64,000 bases of DNA from Dehalococcoidia bacterium (lineage in GTDB: Bacteria > Chloroflexota > Dehalococcoidia > Lucifugimonadales > UBA3495). The position numbers were made by a program, and so were the translations under genes. The stretch lies in assembly GCA_030740155.1 (NCBI GenBank), contig JASLXV010000023.1:18908-82907 (forward strand), written 5' to 3'. Every line of letters starts with the position of its first letter. Position 1 is the stretch's first letter. The notes under the pieces are model-generated. The model did no database searches and was not told the origin of the DNA. It worked only from the letters and a program-made list of their open reading frames with translations. This document shows positions 49,277 to 59,518 of this stretch, piece after piece.

Positions 49277-50127
49277 ATGGACGACGACGGCGAACGGAGG
49301 CATCACCCGGCGGACCCTCTCGAAATCCGGCCTGCCCCGGCCGGAAGGTCCCGGGCCGGCAGCATCCCGATCCTCTCCGCCCTCGGGGCCTGGAAAGGCC
49401 ACTTCCTTGAGCTTGCCCTGATTCTTGGGGCCTACGCCGTGTTTCTTCTCACCCGCGGCCTGGTGTTCTCCGACCTGGATGCCAAAGGGCTGGAGAACGC
49501 GGACCGGCTCATCTCCCTGGAAAAGTCCCTGGGCATTTTCTGGGAGCCGGGGTGGCAGTCCTGGACTTTGGACAACGCCAAGGGGATTGCCACGTTCCTC
49601 AACTGGGTCTACATCGTCACCTATTGGCCGGTGATCATGGCCATGGGGCTGGTCCTGTACGTCACCGACCGGCCCCGGTATCACTACGTTCGCACCGTCG
49701 TGTTGATCACCCTGCTGTTCGCGCTACTCATATTCATGTTGTTCCCGGTTGCCTCGCCGTTCAACATGACCGCATACTTTGTGAACACCATCCAGGAATT
49801 GGGCCCTTCGATGTATGGGGGGCCTGATATGGCTACCTTTTACAACTCCAGCGCGGCCATGCCCAGCCTCCACTTCAGTTGGACGGTCATCCTGGGCGCC
49901 GTCATCGTCCGGTCGTTCGGCGGCTGGATCAGGCTTCTCGGAATGTTGTATCCGGTGCTAACCTTTTTGCCATCACTATCACGGGGAACCATTTCATCGT
50001 GGACGCCATGGCCGGCGGGGCTCTCTCGGCGCTGGCGTTCGTGTTGATGGAATTGGGGGCCCGCCGCCGGTTGCTCCCCATGAGGCCGGGTTGGTTGGGC
50101 CGGCCGGGTCCCAGCCCCCGGCGGTAG
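49277..50127 (+). pseudogene. Second Aur1/IPT-like paralogue, frameshifted at a T5 run (49964-49968)
   Basis: AAMPSLH in the first frame; AITITGNHFIVDA continues in another frame to the stop at 50127. Confidence 0.75.
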
Positions 50128-50131
50128 ACGG

Positions 50132-51349
50132 TTACCCGACGACTTTCTGGTCTCTCAACTGTTGGATGCGGGCGGCATCGTAGCCCAACTCTCCCAGCAC
50201 TTCCGAGGTGTGCTGGCCCAAAAGAGGAGCCGGGCGGCGCAATCCGCCGGGGGTTTCCGAGAGGCGGACGGGTACGTTGAACATTTCCACCTGCCCCGCC
50301 ATGGGGTGCTCTTGAAAGGTCAGCATCTCGTTGTCCCTGACTTGGGGGTGGTCGAAGACCTCATTCCGGTCCAGCACCGGCGCTGCCGGGAGGTCGTGCC
50401 GTTCCAGGATGCTCAACCACTCCTCCCTTGGCTTCGTGGACAGGATGCCTTCGATAAGCTCGCGGAGTTCCCCGCTTCGTTGCGCCCGTTTCAGGTTGTC
50501 GTCGAAAGCCGGGTCGTCGATCAGGTGCTCCAATTCGATGGCCCGGCAGAGGGCGGCGAACTGCTGGTTGTTGAGCACCACCATGATCAGGAACTTGCCA
50601 TCCTGGCACCGGTACGGGGAGTAGAGGGCTTGGCTGGCGAAGTCCACAGAGCTTCCCGTGGAGCTCTCCCGCTCGACCCGTACCATGTCTACCGACTGCA
50701 TGGCCAGGGCCATGTGCAGCAGCGACGTCTCCACCCGCTGGCCGCGGCCCGTCCTCTGGCGCACCAGTAGGGCCAGGGCGACGCCGTAAGCCATCGCCAT
50801 CGGCGCGGAGGCGTCGGAGATCCAGATACCGCTGGAGATCGGTACGCCCTCCGGGGTGCGCCGCTTGCCGAGGATTCCGGAAATGGACTGGAAAAGCAGG
50901 TCATACCCCCGGCGCTGGGCGTAGGGGCCCCGTTCGCCGAAGGCGGAGACCCCCACATAAATAAGCCCGGGATTTCGTTGGCTCAAGGTCTCGTAGCCGT
51001 ACCCCAGCCGTTGCTCCACGCCGGGGCGGAAGTTATGGATGAAGACATCGGCCCGGTCCAGTAGTTGGTACACGATCTCCCGGCCCTCGGGGCAGGAGAT
51101 GTCCATGGCCATGCCTCGTTTGTTCCGGTTCACCACCAGGAAGGACCGGCTTTCTCCCTGGGCCGTGGGCGGTTGGGTGAACAACCGGCGGGCGTCGTCG
51201 CCCCAAAGGGGCTCGATCTTGAGCACCTCGGCCCCTTGGTCGGCCAGGTACATGCCAATTCCCGGTGCGGCCCAAACCTGGGCCACCTCCACTACATTGA
51301 CTCCTTCCAGGGCCTGGTGCCCCATTCCAGTTTGATCATCCAGCGTCAT
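50132..51349 (-). CDS. Family III CoA-transferase (CaiB/BaiF)
   Basis: GAEVLKIEP, NRNKR, NFRPG and APLLGQHT motifs. Confidence 0.92.
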   Translation of the reverse strand: MTLDDQTGMGHQALEGVNVVEVAQVWAAPGIGMYLADQGAEVLKIEPLWGDDARRLFTQPPTAQGESRSFLVVNRNKRGMAMDISCPEGREIVYQLLDRADVFIHNFRPGVEQRLGYGYETLSQRNPGLIYVGVSAFGERGPYAQRRGYDLLFQSISGILGKRRTPEGVPISSGIWISDASAPMAMAYGVALALLVRQRTGRGQRVETSLLHMALAMQSVDMVRVERESSTGSSVDFASQALYSPYRCQDGKFLIMVVLNNQQFAALCRAIELEHLIDDPAFDDNLKRAQRSGELRELIEGILSTKPREEWLSILERHDLPAAPVLDRNEVFDHPQVRDNEMLTFQEHPMAGQVEMFNVPVRLSETPGGLRRPAPLLGQHTSEVLGELGYDAARIQQLRDQKVVG

Positions 51350-51660
51350 TGCCTTGGCCCCCTCTGCCACGCGCACGGTTTGCCGATACCGGGTTCATAA
51401 TTCCTGCGAATACTAGGCGCTAGGCACCCCAACCGGGACGCATTCCACCCCAGTTGGCGAGCCCGCGCCGGCACCAAGTCTACCAGCTTGCCCTGTCTTT
51501 TCCCACCCACCCGCACTTGCCGGCTCCTCACGCCATTCGGGAAGATTTGGGCGCAGACTGAAGCCGGCCGGGGCCGTGGATTGGCGAACGCCGCACGTCA
51601 GGTTGCGAAAGCCGCCGGACAGTCCTAGAATTGGGGCGCCCATGCTGGCGGAGGAGTTGA

Positions 51661-52950
51661 TTGACCACGGCACCTTCTACTGAAGAGAAAGTACGGCGCC
51701 CCCGGAGCGGCGCCTTCATCCTGACCAACCTGTCCATCGGCCACGGTATCACCCACTGGTACATGGCCAGCATGATGTTCTTGCTCCCACGCATCCAGAC
51801 CTCCCTTGGCTTCAGCGACTTTCAGTTTGGTGCGCTGAACGCCATCCGGCAGGTTTCCAGCGGGTCCGCCACCGTCCCCGCGGGCCTGATCATCGATATG
51901 GCGAAGAACCAGTGGGGGGCGATCCTGGTCGGGTGCATGCTTATGCAGGCCATTTCGTTCGGTTTGATCGCGGTCAGCCCCAACTTCATGGTCCTGGCCT
52001 TCGTGATTGTGCTTCTTCCCCTCCCCGGCACCATCTGGCACATGCCCGCCATCGCCGCCATATCCCAGCGCATGCCGGACAGGCGGGGGTTTGGGCTGTC
52101 GGTTCACGGGATCGGGTCCCAGGTGGGGAGCAGCCTCGGCCCAGTGGCAACCGGAGCCCTGATCACGCTGATAGCGGGCAGGTTGGCGATGGCGGCCTGG
52201 CGGAGCGTCACGCTCCTGTACGTCCTGCCGGCGATTGTCATGGCGGTAGTGGTCTGGTGGTCCCTTCGAGACCTGGGCACCAGCGGCACCACGGCCAATG
52301 AGCCGACGCCGCTGAAGGACCGGCTCCGGGGTGTTCGGAATCTGCTGCGAGACCGGACCATCCTGGCGCTGATGCTGGCCATCCTGCTGCGTAGCATGGG
52401 ATTCAACTCCCTGAACATCTGGCTGCCCAAATACCTGCAGGATTCGGTCGAGCAAGGCGGGCTGGGAATGTCAGCATTCATGGCCGGTCTGAACTTTTCG
52501 CTGCTCACTACCCTGGGAATAATCTCTTCCCCAGTACTGGGCATGCTCTCGGATCGATACGGCCGGAAGATGGTGCTGCTCCCCTGCCTCACCGTCGCCG
52601 CGCTTTTGGCCCTGGCCATCGGACAGGCGGGCGACGGGGTCCTGTTGACCCTGACGATTCTGGCTTCAGGGATGTTCACCTATTCGCTGGCCCAGATAAT
52701 GCAGGCCACGGTGTTGGACCAGGTAGGCCGGGGCACCGAGGGCGCCACCATGGGAACGGTGATGGGTCTGACTCACATTTTCAGCGCCATGTCTCCATTG
52801 ATCGCCGCTGGGATCGTCGATGCCTACGGGCTCGGCTCGGTGTTCTACTACAACGCCGCCCTGTGGGCCGCAACGGTGGTGGTGCTTGTGTTCACTCCCT
52901 TGAGGCCGCCGCCTCGGCTAGCCGGCCCGGCGCCGGCAACCGACGGCTAA
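51661..52950 (+). CDS. MFS transporter
   Basis: About 12 TM segments, G.LSDRYGRK motif; GAGGAG RBS. Confidence 0.9.
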   Translation: MTTAPSTEEKVRRPRSGAFILTNLSIGHGITHWYMASMMFLLPRIQTSLGFSDFQFGALNAIRQVSSGSATVPAGLIIDMAKNQWGAILVGCMLMQAISFGLIAVSPNFMVLAFVIVLLPLPGTIWHMPAIAAISQRMPDRRGFGLSVHGIGSQVGSSLGPVATGALITLIAGRLAMAAWRSVTLLYVLPAIVMAVVVWWSLRDLGTSGTTANEPTPLKDRLRGVRNLLRDRTILALMLAILLRSMGFNSLNIWLPKYLQDSVEQGGLGMSAFMAGLNFSLLTTLGIISSPVLGMLSDRYGRKMVLLPCLTVAALLALAIGQAGDGVLLTLTILASGMFTYSLAQIMQATVLDQVGRGTEGATMGTVMGLTHIFSAMSPLIAAGIVDAYGLGSVFYYNAALWAATVVVLVFTPLRPPPRLAGPAPATDG

Positions 52951-53175
52951 TTTCTCCCCTGGGGTCACCGGGACTCCGCCGTGGGTGAGCGGCCTGACCC
53001 CACCGTGGTCTACCCGCCCTCGTCGTCACGGACTCTCCGACAGTTGCAGCAGAGGTTTTCGCCGTGCCTCATCGTTGCGAGGCGGCGGGTTGAAGAGATG
53101 CCTCGCCCGGTGCTCCGAGGCAGCGAGAACCGCGTTGCGTGTTGCGAATACCGATGGACCGCCATAAAATGGGGA

Positions 53176-54477
53176 TTGCGATTTTGCGGAGGCACGGCAT
53201 CCCCTGCTGAAGAGAAAGTCCGGCGCCCCCGGAGCGGCGCCTTCATCCTGACCAACCTGTCCATCGGCCACGGCATCACCCACTGGTACATGGCCAGCAT
53301 GCTGTTGATGCTGCCCGTCATCCAAAAGTCTCTGGGCCTCAGCGATTTCCAGTTCGCTTCTCTGCACACCATCCGGCAGGTCTCCAGCGGCTCCGCCACC
53401 ATCCCCACCGGCGTTCTCATCGACATGGCGAAGAACCAGTGGGGGTTGATTCTGACCGGGTGCATGATCATGGCCGGAATAGCATCCGGCCTGATCTCGC
53501 TCAGCCCCAGCTACCTGTACCTTGCCGTCGTAATCGTTCTTCTTCCTCTCCCGGGCACCATTTGGCATATTCCGGCCATCGCCGCGATATCCCAGCGCAT
53601 GCCGGACCGGCGGGGGATGGGACTGTCCATCCACGGTATCGGGTCCCAGCTGGGGACCAGCCTCGGTCCCTACGGCACCGGCCACTTGCTGGCCTTGATG
53701 GCGGGGTGGTCGGCGATGGAGGCCTGGAGGAGCGTAACGCTCATCTACGTTGCGCCGGCCATCGTCATGGCGGTGGTGGTGTGGTGGTCTCTGCGAGACC
53801 TGGGCAGCAGCGGCACCTCGCCCAACCTGCAGACGCCGCTCCGGGAACGGATCCGGGGTGTTGGGGGCCTGCTGCGGAACCGGACCATGCTGAAACTGAT
53901 GCTGGTCATCATGCTGCGCAACATGGGGTTCAACTCCCTGACCATCTGGGTGCCCAAGTACCTGCAGGATTCGGTCGAAGATGGCGGCCTGGGGATGTCC
54001 ACGGTCACGGCCGGCATGAACGTTTCGTTGCTCACAGCCCTGGGGGTGCTCTCTTCCCCCTTCCTGGGCGCGCTCTCCGACCGCTACGGCAGGAAGAAAG
54101 TGCTGATTCCTTCTCTCAGCCTGGCCGCCGTGCTGGCCCTGGCTATCGGGCAAGCGGATGACGGGGTGTGGCTGACCCTGACGATTCTGGCCACTGGGCT
54201 GTTCACCTACTCACTGGGCCAGATACTGCAAGCCTCGGTCTTGGATCAGGTTGGAAAGGGCACCGAGGGCGCCACAATGGGGTTGGTGATGGGCCTAAAC
54301 AATATATTCAGCGCCCTGTCTCCAATCGCCGCGGCGTTCGTCGTCAGTGCCTACGGTCTCAGCGCGGTGTTCTACTACAACGCCGGCTTGTGGGCTGCCG
54401 CCGTGGCGGTTCTCTCGTTGATTAGCTTGAAACCGCCTCCCCTGGCAGCCGGCACGAAGCCGGTAGCCGCCGGCTAG
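53176..54477 (+). CDS. MFS transporter, tandem paralogue of 51661-52950
   Basis: Identical N-terminal block EEKVRRPRSGAFILTNLSIGHGITHWYMASM; start codon uncertain. Confidence 0.85.
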   Translation: MRFCGGTASPAEEKVRRPRSGAFILTNLSIGHGITHWYMASMLLMLPVIQKSLGLSDFQFASLHTIRQVSSGSATIPTGVLIDMAKNQWGLILTGCMIMAGIASGLISLSPSYLYLAVVIVLLPLPGTIWHIPAIAAISQRMPDRRGMGLSIHGIGSQLGTSLGPYGTGHLLALMAGWSAMEAWRSVTLIYVAPAIVMAVVVWWSLRDLGSSGTSPNLQTPLRERIRGVGGLLRNRTMLKLMLVIMLRNMGFNSLTIWVPKYLQDSVEDGGLGMSTVTAGMNVSLLTALGVLSSPFLGALSDRYGRKKVLIPSLSLAAVLALAIGQADDGVWLTLTILATGLFTYSLGQILQASVLDQVGKGTEGATMGLVMGLNNIFSALSPIAAAFVVSAYGLSAVFYYNAGLWAAAVAVLSLISLKPPPLAAGTKPVAAG

Positions 54478-54659
54478 CCGCTGGTCAGGTTGTCGGAGGG
54501 ATCTCTGCCCTGAGGCCCTAATCGATCGGAAAATCCGGCTGCCGCATCGAGCCGGCCGCTCTTTCTGGTATACTACCCCGACGAATCATCCACGGGCCCC
54601 ACTTACCACTTTGGCATGGCCCTGAAACCCGGCCCAAAACCTGCAATAAAGGAGCAACC

Positions 54660-54950
54660 ATGGCTCTGTTTGTCGTTACGCATCGGCATACCGCGGATAG
54701 GTGCCCGGCAGGGGACCCTCGGAAGGCGCCCATGCTGCTGCGGTGCCTCACCAATGAACACGCCGCCAAGTTCGGCGTTCAAATCCTGGCCGAGGCGATG
54801 GTGGGTGGGCAACACTCCCTTCACCTGATTTTGGAAGCTACCGACACGGACGGGGTTCAGAAATTCATGGCCCCCTTCGCCCAGGGTGGGAGTGTAGCGG
54901 TACTGCCCGCGAGCCCCTGCGAAACCGTCGTCTCACGGGGAAAATGCTAG
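54660..54950 (+). CDS. Small protein with HxH...CP motif (DUF3303/GYD-like ferredoxin fold)
   Basis: AAGGAG RBS; upstream TGgTATACT at 54566-54574; HRHTADRCP. Confidence 0.65.
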   Translation: MALFVVTHRHTADRCPAGDPRKAPMLLRCLTNEHAAKFGVQILAEAMVGGQHSLHLILEATDTDGVQKFMAPFAQGGSVAVLPASPCETVVSRGKC

Positions 54951-54968
54951 CAGGGGAGGGTCTCCGCC

Positions 54969-55526
54969 CTACTTGATCCCCACAACCATCGAGTCGGGCC
55001 CCACCAGGTGTTCCACGTAGGTGTCGTGGAACCCCGCGTCGCGGAGCCACGATTGGCAATCGGCGCCGGTATAGTCGAATCCGTCCGGCGTGTCGATCAG
55101 CATGTTCAGGCTCATCAGCAGGCCGAAGGCGTTCTGGCTGCGGCCGTCGTCGATCACGGCGTCATAGACGATGAGGGCGCCTCCCGGTTTCAAGGCCTCA
55201 TACGCTCTCGCGATGAGTTTCCGCTTCCCATCAAGGTCCCAGTCATGGAGAATATGGCCCATCAGGAGCACGTCCGTCTCCGGCAGTGGAGCCTTGAAAA
55301 AGTCCCCCAGATAGAAACTCAGGCGTTGGGCCAGGCCGAAGGAAGCCACGTATTCTTCAAAGACAGGGGCCACCTCGGGCAAGTCGAAGCCGCCACCGGA
55401 CAGGTGGCCGTGGGCCAGGGCGATCTGGACCGCGGTGCAACCCTGGGCCGTTCCGACATCAATGAAGCTCTGGTACCTGCCCCAGGGGAATTTCTGTCCA
55501 ATGGAAAGACAGAGGTCCGGGGCTCT
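54969..55526 (-). pseudogene. 5'-truncated O-methyltransferase (methyltransf_2 C-terminal domain)
   Basis: [22 protein letters not shown] and GHILHDW motifs; no start codon or dimerisation domain. Confidence 0.75.
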
Positions 55527-56180
55527 TCAGCCGCCGCCGGTGGTGGCGTAGCCGCCAAAGAAGTGCCGCACCAGCACCCGGAGCCGCGCCCAGTGGTCTT
55601 GCAGCGCCTCCAGTTCCTCCGGTGAGAGTTGGTTGTAGGTCTTGCCGAACTGGGGGAAGTACCACACGGAGAAAGCCCAGAACCCGGTCGCCCGGGCCGT
55701 GTCGCCGGGGCCGTCCGCGATGACGCCGGTGGCGCCCCGCAACTCCCACGAAGCCAGCACCTTCCCTCGGTCGGCGATGGCCACGGCCTCAATCCACGAG
55801 GCTTCACGCTGGGGACCCTGGTAGGGCCGCATCAAGTTCAGCAGCCGGCGCAACCGATGGGCGTCGTCCGCCTCCGGACCGGCAAACCTGTGGGTGTGGC
55901 GGCTGTCCCACCGGGTACCCAGAGCCGGCAGCAACAGTCCCCCGTCGGAAGCGATTGCCAGCGCCGAGGCGGCCCGGGACCAATCACGCGCCTTGGCCCG
56001 CGCGATAGCTTCGTGGGTATCGCCCCTTTCCCGTGGGACGGTGCGCAGGCCGAGCCGGCCGGGCGTCACCGGGGAGAGAGGCAGGCCTTCCAGCAACCAC
56101 TGCAAGGTTTGCTGCTTTGCCGGGTTACCGGTGCCCAGCAGGATGGGCGTTGCACCTAGGGGAGCGGGTTGACCGGCCAT
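55527..56180 (-). CDS. Ham1/ITPase-like NTP pyrophosphatase
   Basis: GTGNPAK, E.G.T...IA..KA and ASDGGL motifs; DHW replaces SHR. Confidence 0.7.
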   Translation of the reverse strand: MAGQPAPLGATPILLGTGNPAKQQTLQWLLEGLPLSPVTPGRLGLRTVPRERGDTHEAIARAKARDWSRAASALAIASDGGLLLPALGTRWDSRHTHRFAGPEADDAHRLRRLLNLMRPYQGPQREASWIEAVAIADRGKVLASWELRGATGVIADGPGDTARATGFWAFSVWYFPQFGKTYNQLSPEELEALQDHWARLRVLVRHFFGGYATTGGG

Positions 56181-56270
56181 GTTGATCCGTTGACCCACGC
56201 TTCGTTCACCGAACAACAGCCACTATCCGCCCACTTGCGAGACCGCGGGTGACGCCCCATGCGCCCGGCA

Positions 56271-56945
56271 CTACAGGATTCGAGCCACGGCGCGGGCGGC
56301 GGCGCCGTCACCGCCCTGAAGCTTGATGGGCAGGGCCCAGAGTTCGAAGGTTTCTCCCACCAGCCGGTCCAGATTTATCAGGTTCTCGATGAGGGGTATG
56401 TCTTGGCCCAGGAGCAGCCGGTGCACCGGAAAATCATGAATGGTGGATGGGGCCGTCTGAGGATGCTTGTCGATGGGAAAGTCGACGGCGACGGCGTTGA
56501 CCGAGCACTCGGCCAGGTAGCCCGCGCCCTCGCTGCTGAGGTAGGGGCCCGCAGTGTAGTAGCGGTCGCCGCCGGACTCCCGTTCGGCCCAGCCGGTGAA
56601 CAGGACGGCGATCTTGTCCCGCAGGGTCCCCTCCTCGCCGCCGGCCTCCCGCAGGTTGGCGACGGAGATGGGGGTGCCGCGACGCGCCAGCTTCCGTAGG
56701 TCCAGAAGGAGGGCCGGCCCCATGTACCTCTCCAGGGGCATATCGTCCACGGTAATGCCGCCGGGGTGAAAGTGGTATGGGGCGTCCACGTGGGTGCCGA
56801 CATGGGTCGCCAGGGTTAGCTTGGTATTGGACCGGGCATGGCTCTCGTGGGTCATCAGCGGTTCCATTTCCACCGAAACCAGGCCGGGCACGGCGGTGAT
56901 CCGGTTGCCGCCCAGGGTCAGGGTCAGGTCAATCAGCTCGGGCAT
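56271..56945 (-). CDS. Cyclase family protein (kynurenine formamidase-like)
   Basis: HVGTHVDAPYH, VHRLLL and IENL motifs. Confidence 0.9.
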   Translation of the reverse strand: MPELIDLTLTLGGNRITAVPGLVSVEMEPLMTHESHARSNTKLTLATHVGTHVDAPYHFHPGGITVDDMPLERYMGPALLLDLRKLARRGTPISVANLREAGGEEGTLRDKIAVLFTGWAERESGGDRYYTAGPYLSSEGAGYLAECSVNAVAVDFPIDKHPQTAPSTIHDFPVHRLLLGQDIPLIENLINLDRLVGETFELWALPIKLQGGDGAAARAVARIL

Positions 56946-57043
56946 GATACCCCCTCAATTTGACCGTCTATGGTGCACCGGTCCCCCACGCCGTTGAACC
57001 GCGGGCGGGTAACCGGCGCTGCTGTTCGCCCTGTTGGCTTCGC

Positions 57044-58441
57044 CTAGTCTACCCCAGGCAGCAACTCCAGGAGGTCGGCCCGGTCGGCCTCGGCCCTGGC
57101 CCTGGCGGACGTGGACCGGGCCTCCACCGGCAAAGATTGCTCCCAGTCTGGAATCAGCAGGCGGGTACTGGGCGCCAGGCTCAAGATTACCAGAACCCCG
57201 ACAAAGCTGAAACCCATGGACAAGACCAGGATCACGGTGAAAGAGCCGGTTGCGAAGATAACGAAGCCCGCCAGAATCGTGGCCACGGCGTGGCCCAACA
57301 GAGCGCCGGTTATCTCGATGCCGTAGAAAGTGCCCAAAGGTCCGGAGCCGAAGTATTGGCGGTTCACCACGGGATAGGCAGACATCTCGCCTCCATAGCC
57401 GATGCCGAAAAGAACGGCGAAAGCGTAAAACACCGAAGAGTCTTGGGCCCAGAACAGGACCAGCACGGTGAGCCCCTGGATGCCCAAGGCCGCCGCCATC
57501 ACCGGTTTGCCGCCGAAGCGCTCGGTCATTATGGGGGTGACGAAACGGCTGCCGATGCTGAAGATGTTGATGAGGCTGAGAATCAGGGCGGCCCCGGTCA
57601 GGCTGATTCCCTGCTCGACGGCCAGGGGAATCGAGTAAATGAGTATGACCCCGTGGCCGGCGCAACCCAGGCTGTGGATGAGGGGCAAGTTCCAGAACTC
57701 TTTGGTGCGCCGCAGGTGGCGATTGAACACCTTGAGCCGGAGCTTCAGTACCTCTTTGGCCCAGACGGCCTCCAGGGGGGCACCATCGACGGCCCCATAG
57801 GGCTTGATGCCCAGTTGGGCGGGACGGTTTCGGAAGAAGGGCGCCGCCAGGAATATGGCGCCGCCGCCCGCGACACCGATGGTCGAGAAAGTGGCCTCCC
57901 ACCCGACGCTTTCCAGGAGGTATCCCACCGTGGGCGCGATTGCGGCGGACCCCAGGCCGCCGGCGGCCCATAGTATCCCGACGCAAAGGCCCAGCCGCCG
58001 CTCGAACCACCCGTCCAACGCTGCGATCAGCGGGACCATGGCTATCGTCTGGGTCAGGGCGAGCATCACGCCGAAAACCAGGAAGAATTGCCACAGGGCG
58101 ACGATCTGCCCCAACAGGACCATGCTGGCGGTGAAGAGGACCGCGGCCGTAACCATCATCTTGTGGGCGCCGTACCGGTCGGCGAGCCACCCGGCGATGG
58201 GAGAGAAGATGGCCCCGGTGAGATAGTAGGTCGCCAGGCCGGCGCCGATGGTACCGATGCTCCAGCCGAAACCGCCATCGGGATCGTTCAGCGGCGGAAC
58301 CATCACTCCGGCCGCCATGCCGACGGACTGGGCGACGATCTGCACCACCGACAACACGGCCACGATTACCCAGCCGTAATGAATCCCGCCGGGCAGCCTG
58401 ACTGCCTTGACCGATGGTTTAGGTTTTGCGTCGATGGTCAT
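57044..58441 (-). CDS. MFS transporter (OFA/MCT-like)
   Basis: HYGW, G.LADRYG and WFERRLG motifs; about 12 TM segments. Confidence 0.9.
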   Translation of the reverse strand: MTIDAKPKPSVKAVRLPGGIHYGWVIVAVLSVVQIVAQSVGMAAGVMVPPLNDPDGGFGWSIGTIGAGLATYYLTGAIFSPIAGWLADRYGAHKMMVTAAVLFTASMVLLGQIVALWQFFLVFGVMLALTQTIAMVPLIAALDGWFERRLGLCVGILWAAGGLGSAAIAPTVGYLLESVGWEATFSTIGVAGGGAIFLAAPFFRNRPAQLGIKPYGAVDGAPLEAVWAKEVLKLRLKVFNRHLRRTKEFWNLPLIHSLGCAGHGVILIYSIPLAVEQGISLTGAALILSLINIFSIGSRFVTPIMTERFGGKPVMAAALGIQGLTVLVLFWAQDSSVFYAFAVLFGIGYGGEMSAYPVVNRQYFGSGPLGTFYGIEITGALLGHAVATILAGFVIFATGSFTVILVLSMGFSFVGVLVILSLAPSTRLLIPDWEQSLPVEARSTSARARAEADRADLLELLPGVD

Positions 58442-58511
58442 GTTTCGAGTCCGTTTTCGCTTCCCAGGCCGGAGGGGGTCCAATTGCCGGGCTTGGCGAC
58501 TATTCGAGAAT

Positions 58512-58631
58512 GTGGTTCGACAAGCTCACCACGAACGGTGGAGGAGGGTTCCCACCTGACCAGGTGGTTCGACAAGCTCACCACGGACGGTGGTAGAGTT
58601 CCCCGTCCGTTCGTCCCGGGCGTGTCGAAGG
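58512..58631. repeat. Tandem REP-like family B copies
   Basis: GTGGTTCGACAAGCTCACCACG twice plus an inverted half. Confidence 0.8.
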
Positions 58632-58668
58632 ACCGTCCGCGCCGCATCCCGCGGATTTGCATGGCTGA

Positions 58669-58986
58669 TCAATGAAGGGGGCACGCGGTGAGAAAGGCCT
58701 TCCCCCACCAGGTATCGCCCGTGCTGTCTTCGCCGGCCTCTACTGGTGTGGGGCTACTCTGGGCCGAGTCCAGGGGACTCGCATCGGTGCTTGCGCCACG
58801 GTTGGCGAAGCCGAAGGACAGCTTCCTATCTTGCTCGTCCACATCGGCGGAAACCGCCCAGGCGCCGAAGAAAATGATGAGGAATACCGTCGCCGCCGCC
58901 ACCACCAAGAAGGTGGCGGGGATGGGAAAACGCTTCACTCCTTGCCTCGCGTCCTTCACCGTGTCTTCCCCGTTCATGAGGCGCAC
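58669..58986 (-). CDS. Small single-TM hypothetical protein ending WWGKAFLTACPLH
   Basis: One clear TM helix and an acidic linker; start uncertain. Confidence 0.5.
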   Translation of the reverse strand: MRLMNGEDTVKDARQGVKRFPIPATFLVVAAATVFLIIFFGAWAVSADVDEQDRKLSFGFANRGASTDASPLDSAQSSPTPVEAGEDSTGDTWWGKAFLTACPLH

Positions 58987-59518
58987 CGTGCCGCTAGCCC
59001 GGCTGCGCCGCCCGGTTGGCGGACGGCCGCCGGGGCGGCCTGCAGGGCGGGATGGCCGTATGGGTTACTATCAACACCGGGCACTATCCGGTCCGCGCCC
59101 GGTATGAGAGTCGTCGCCTGTGTGGTCGAGCGGGTGTGCAGCAAGCTTCCCTTTCGGATTTGGCGGTCAGCTAGTTAATCACGATGATAATTAATGATAC
59201 AGCACCAACGACTGTCGATACCAGTCACGCTTAAGTGCAAATTCTTGGACTGGGGGATGTTGCCACGATCGTTGCCTTGGTCGAGTCTCACCGCCAAGGC
59301 AACGATCGGTCGAAAATCTCAGAGGGCTTTGAATCTGGGCTGATCCTGGTGTCCCCGGTTGCTTGGCTGCCGGCCTGCGCCGGAATGACGAGGGTGAGTA
59401 GGGAACGTCACACATCTTCTTCGCCGATGAAGAGAGATTGGCTAGATAGCACCCTAGTCGCTCCGCTCGACCGACCGGTCACCGGGGGGCCCAGGAGCAG
59501 ATAGCTGACCGCTGACCG

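Noticed and set aside
58512-58590. Two direct repeats with a spacer, CRISPR-like
   Set aside because: Only two units, the same sequence is dispersed elsewhere as a REP-like element, and there are no cas genes.
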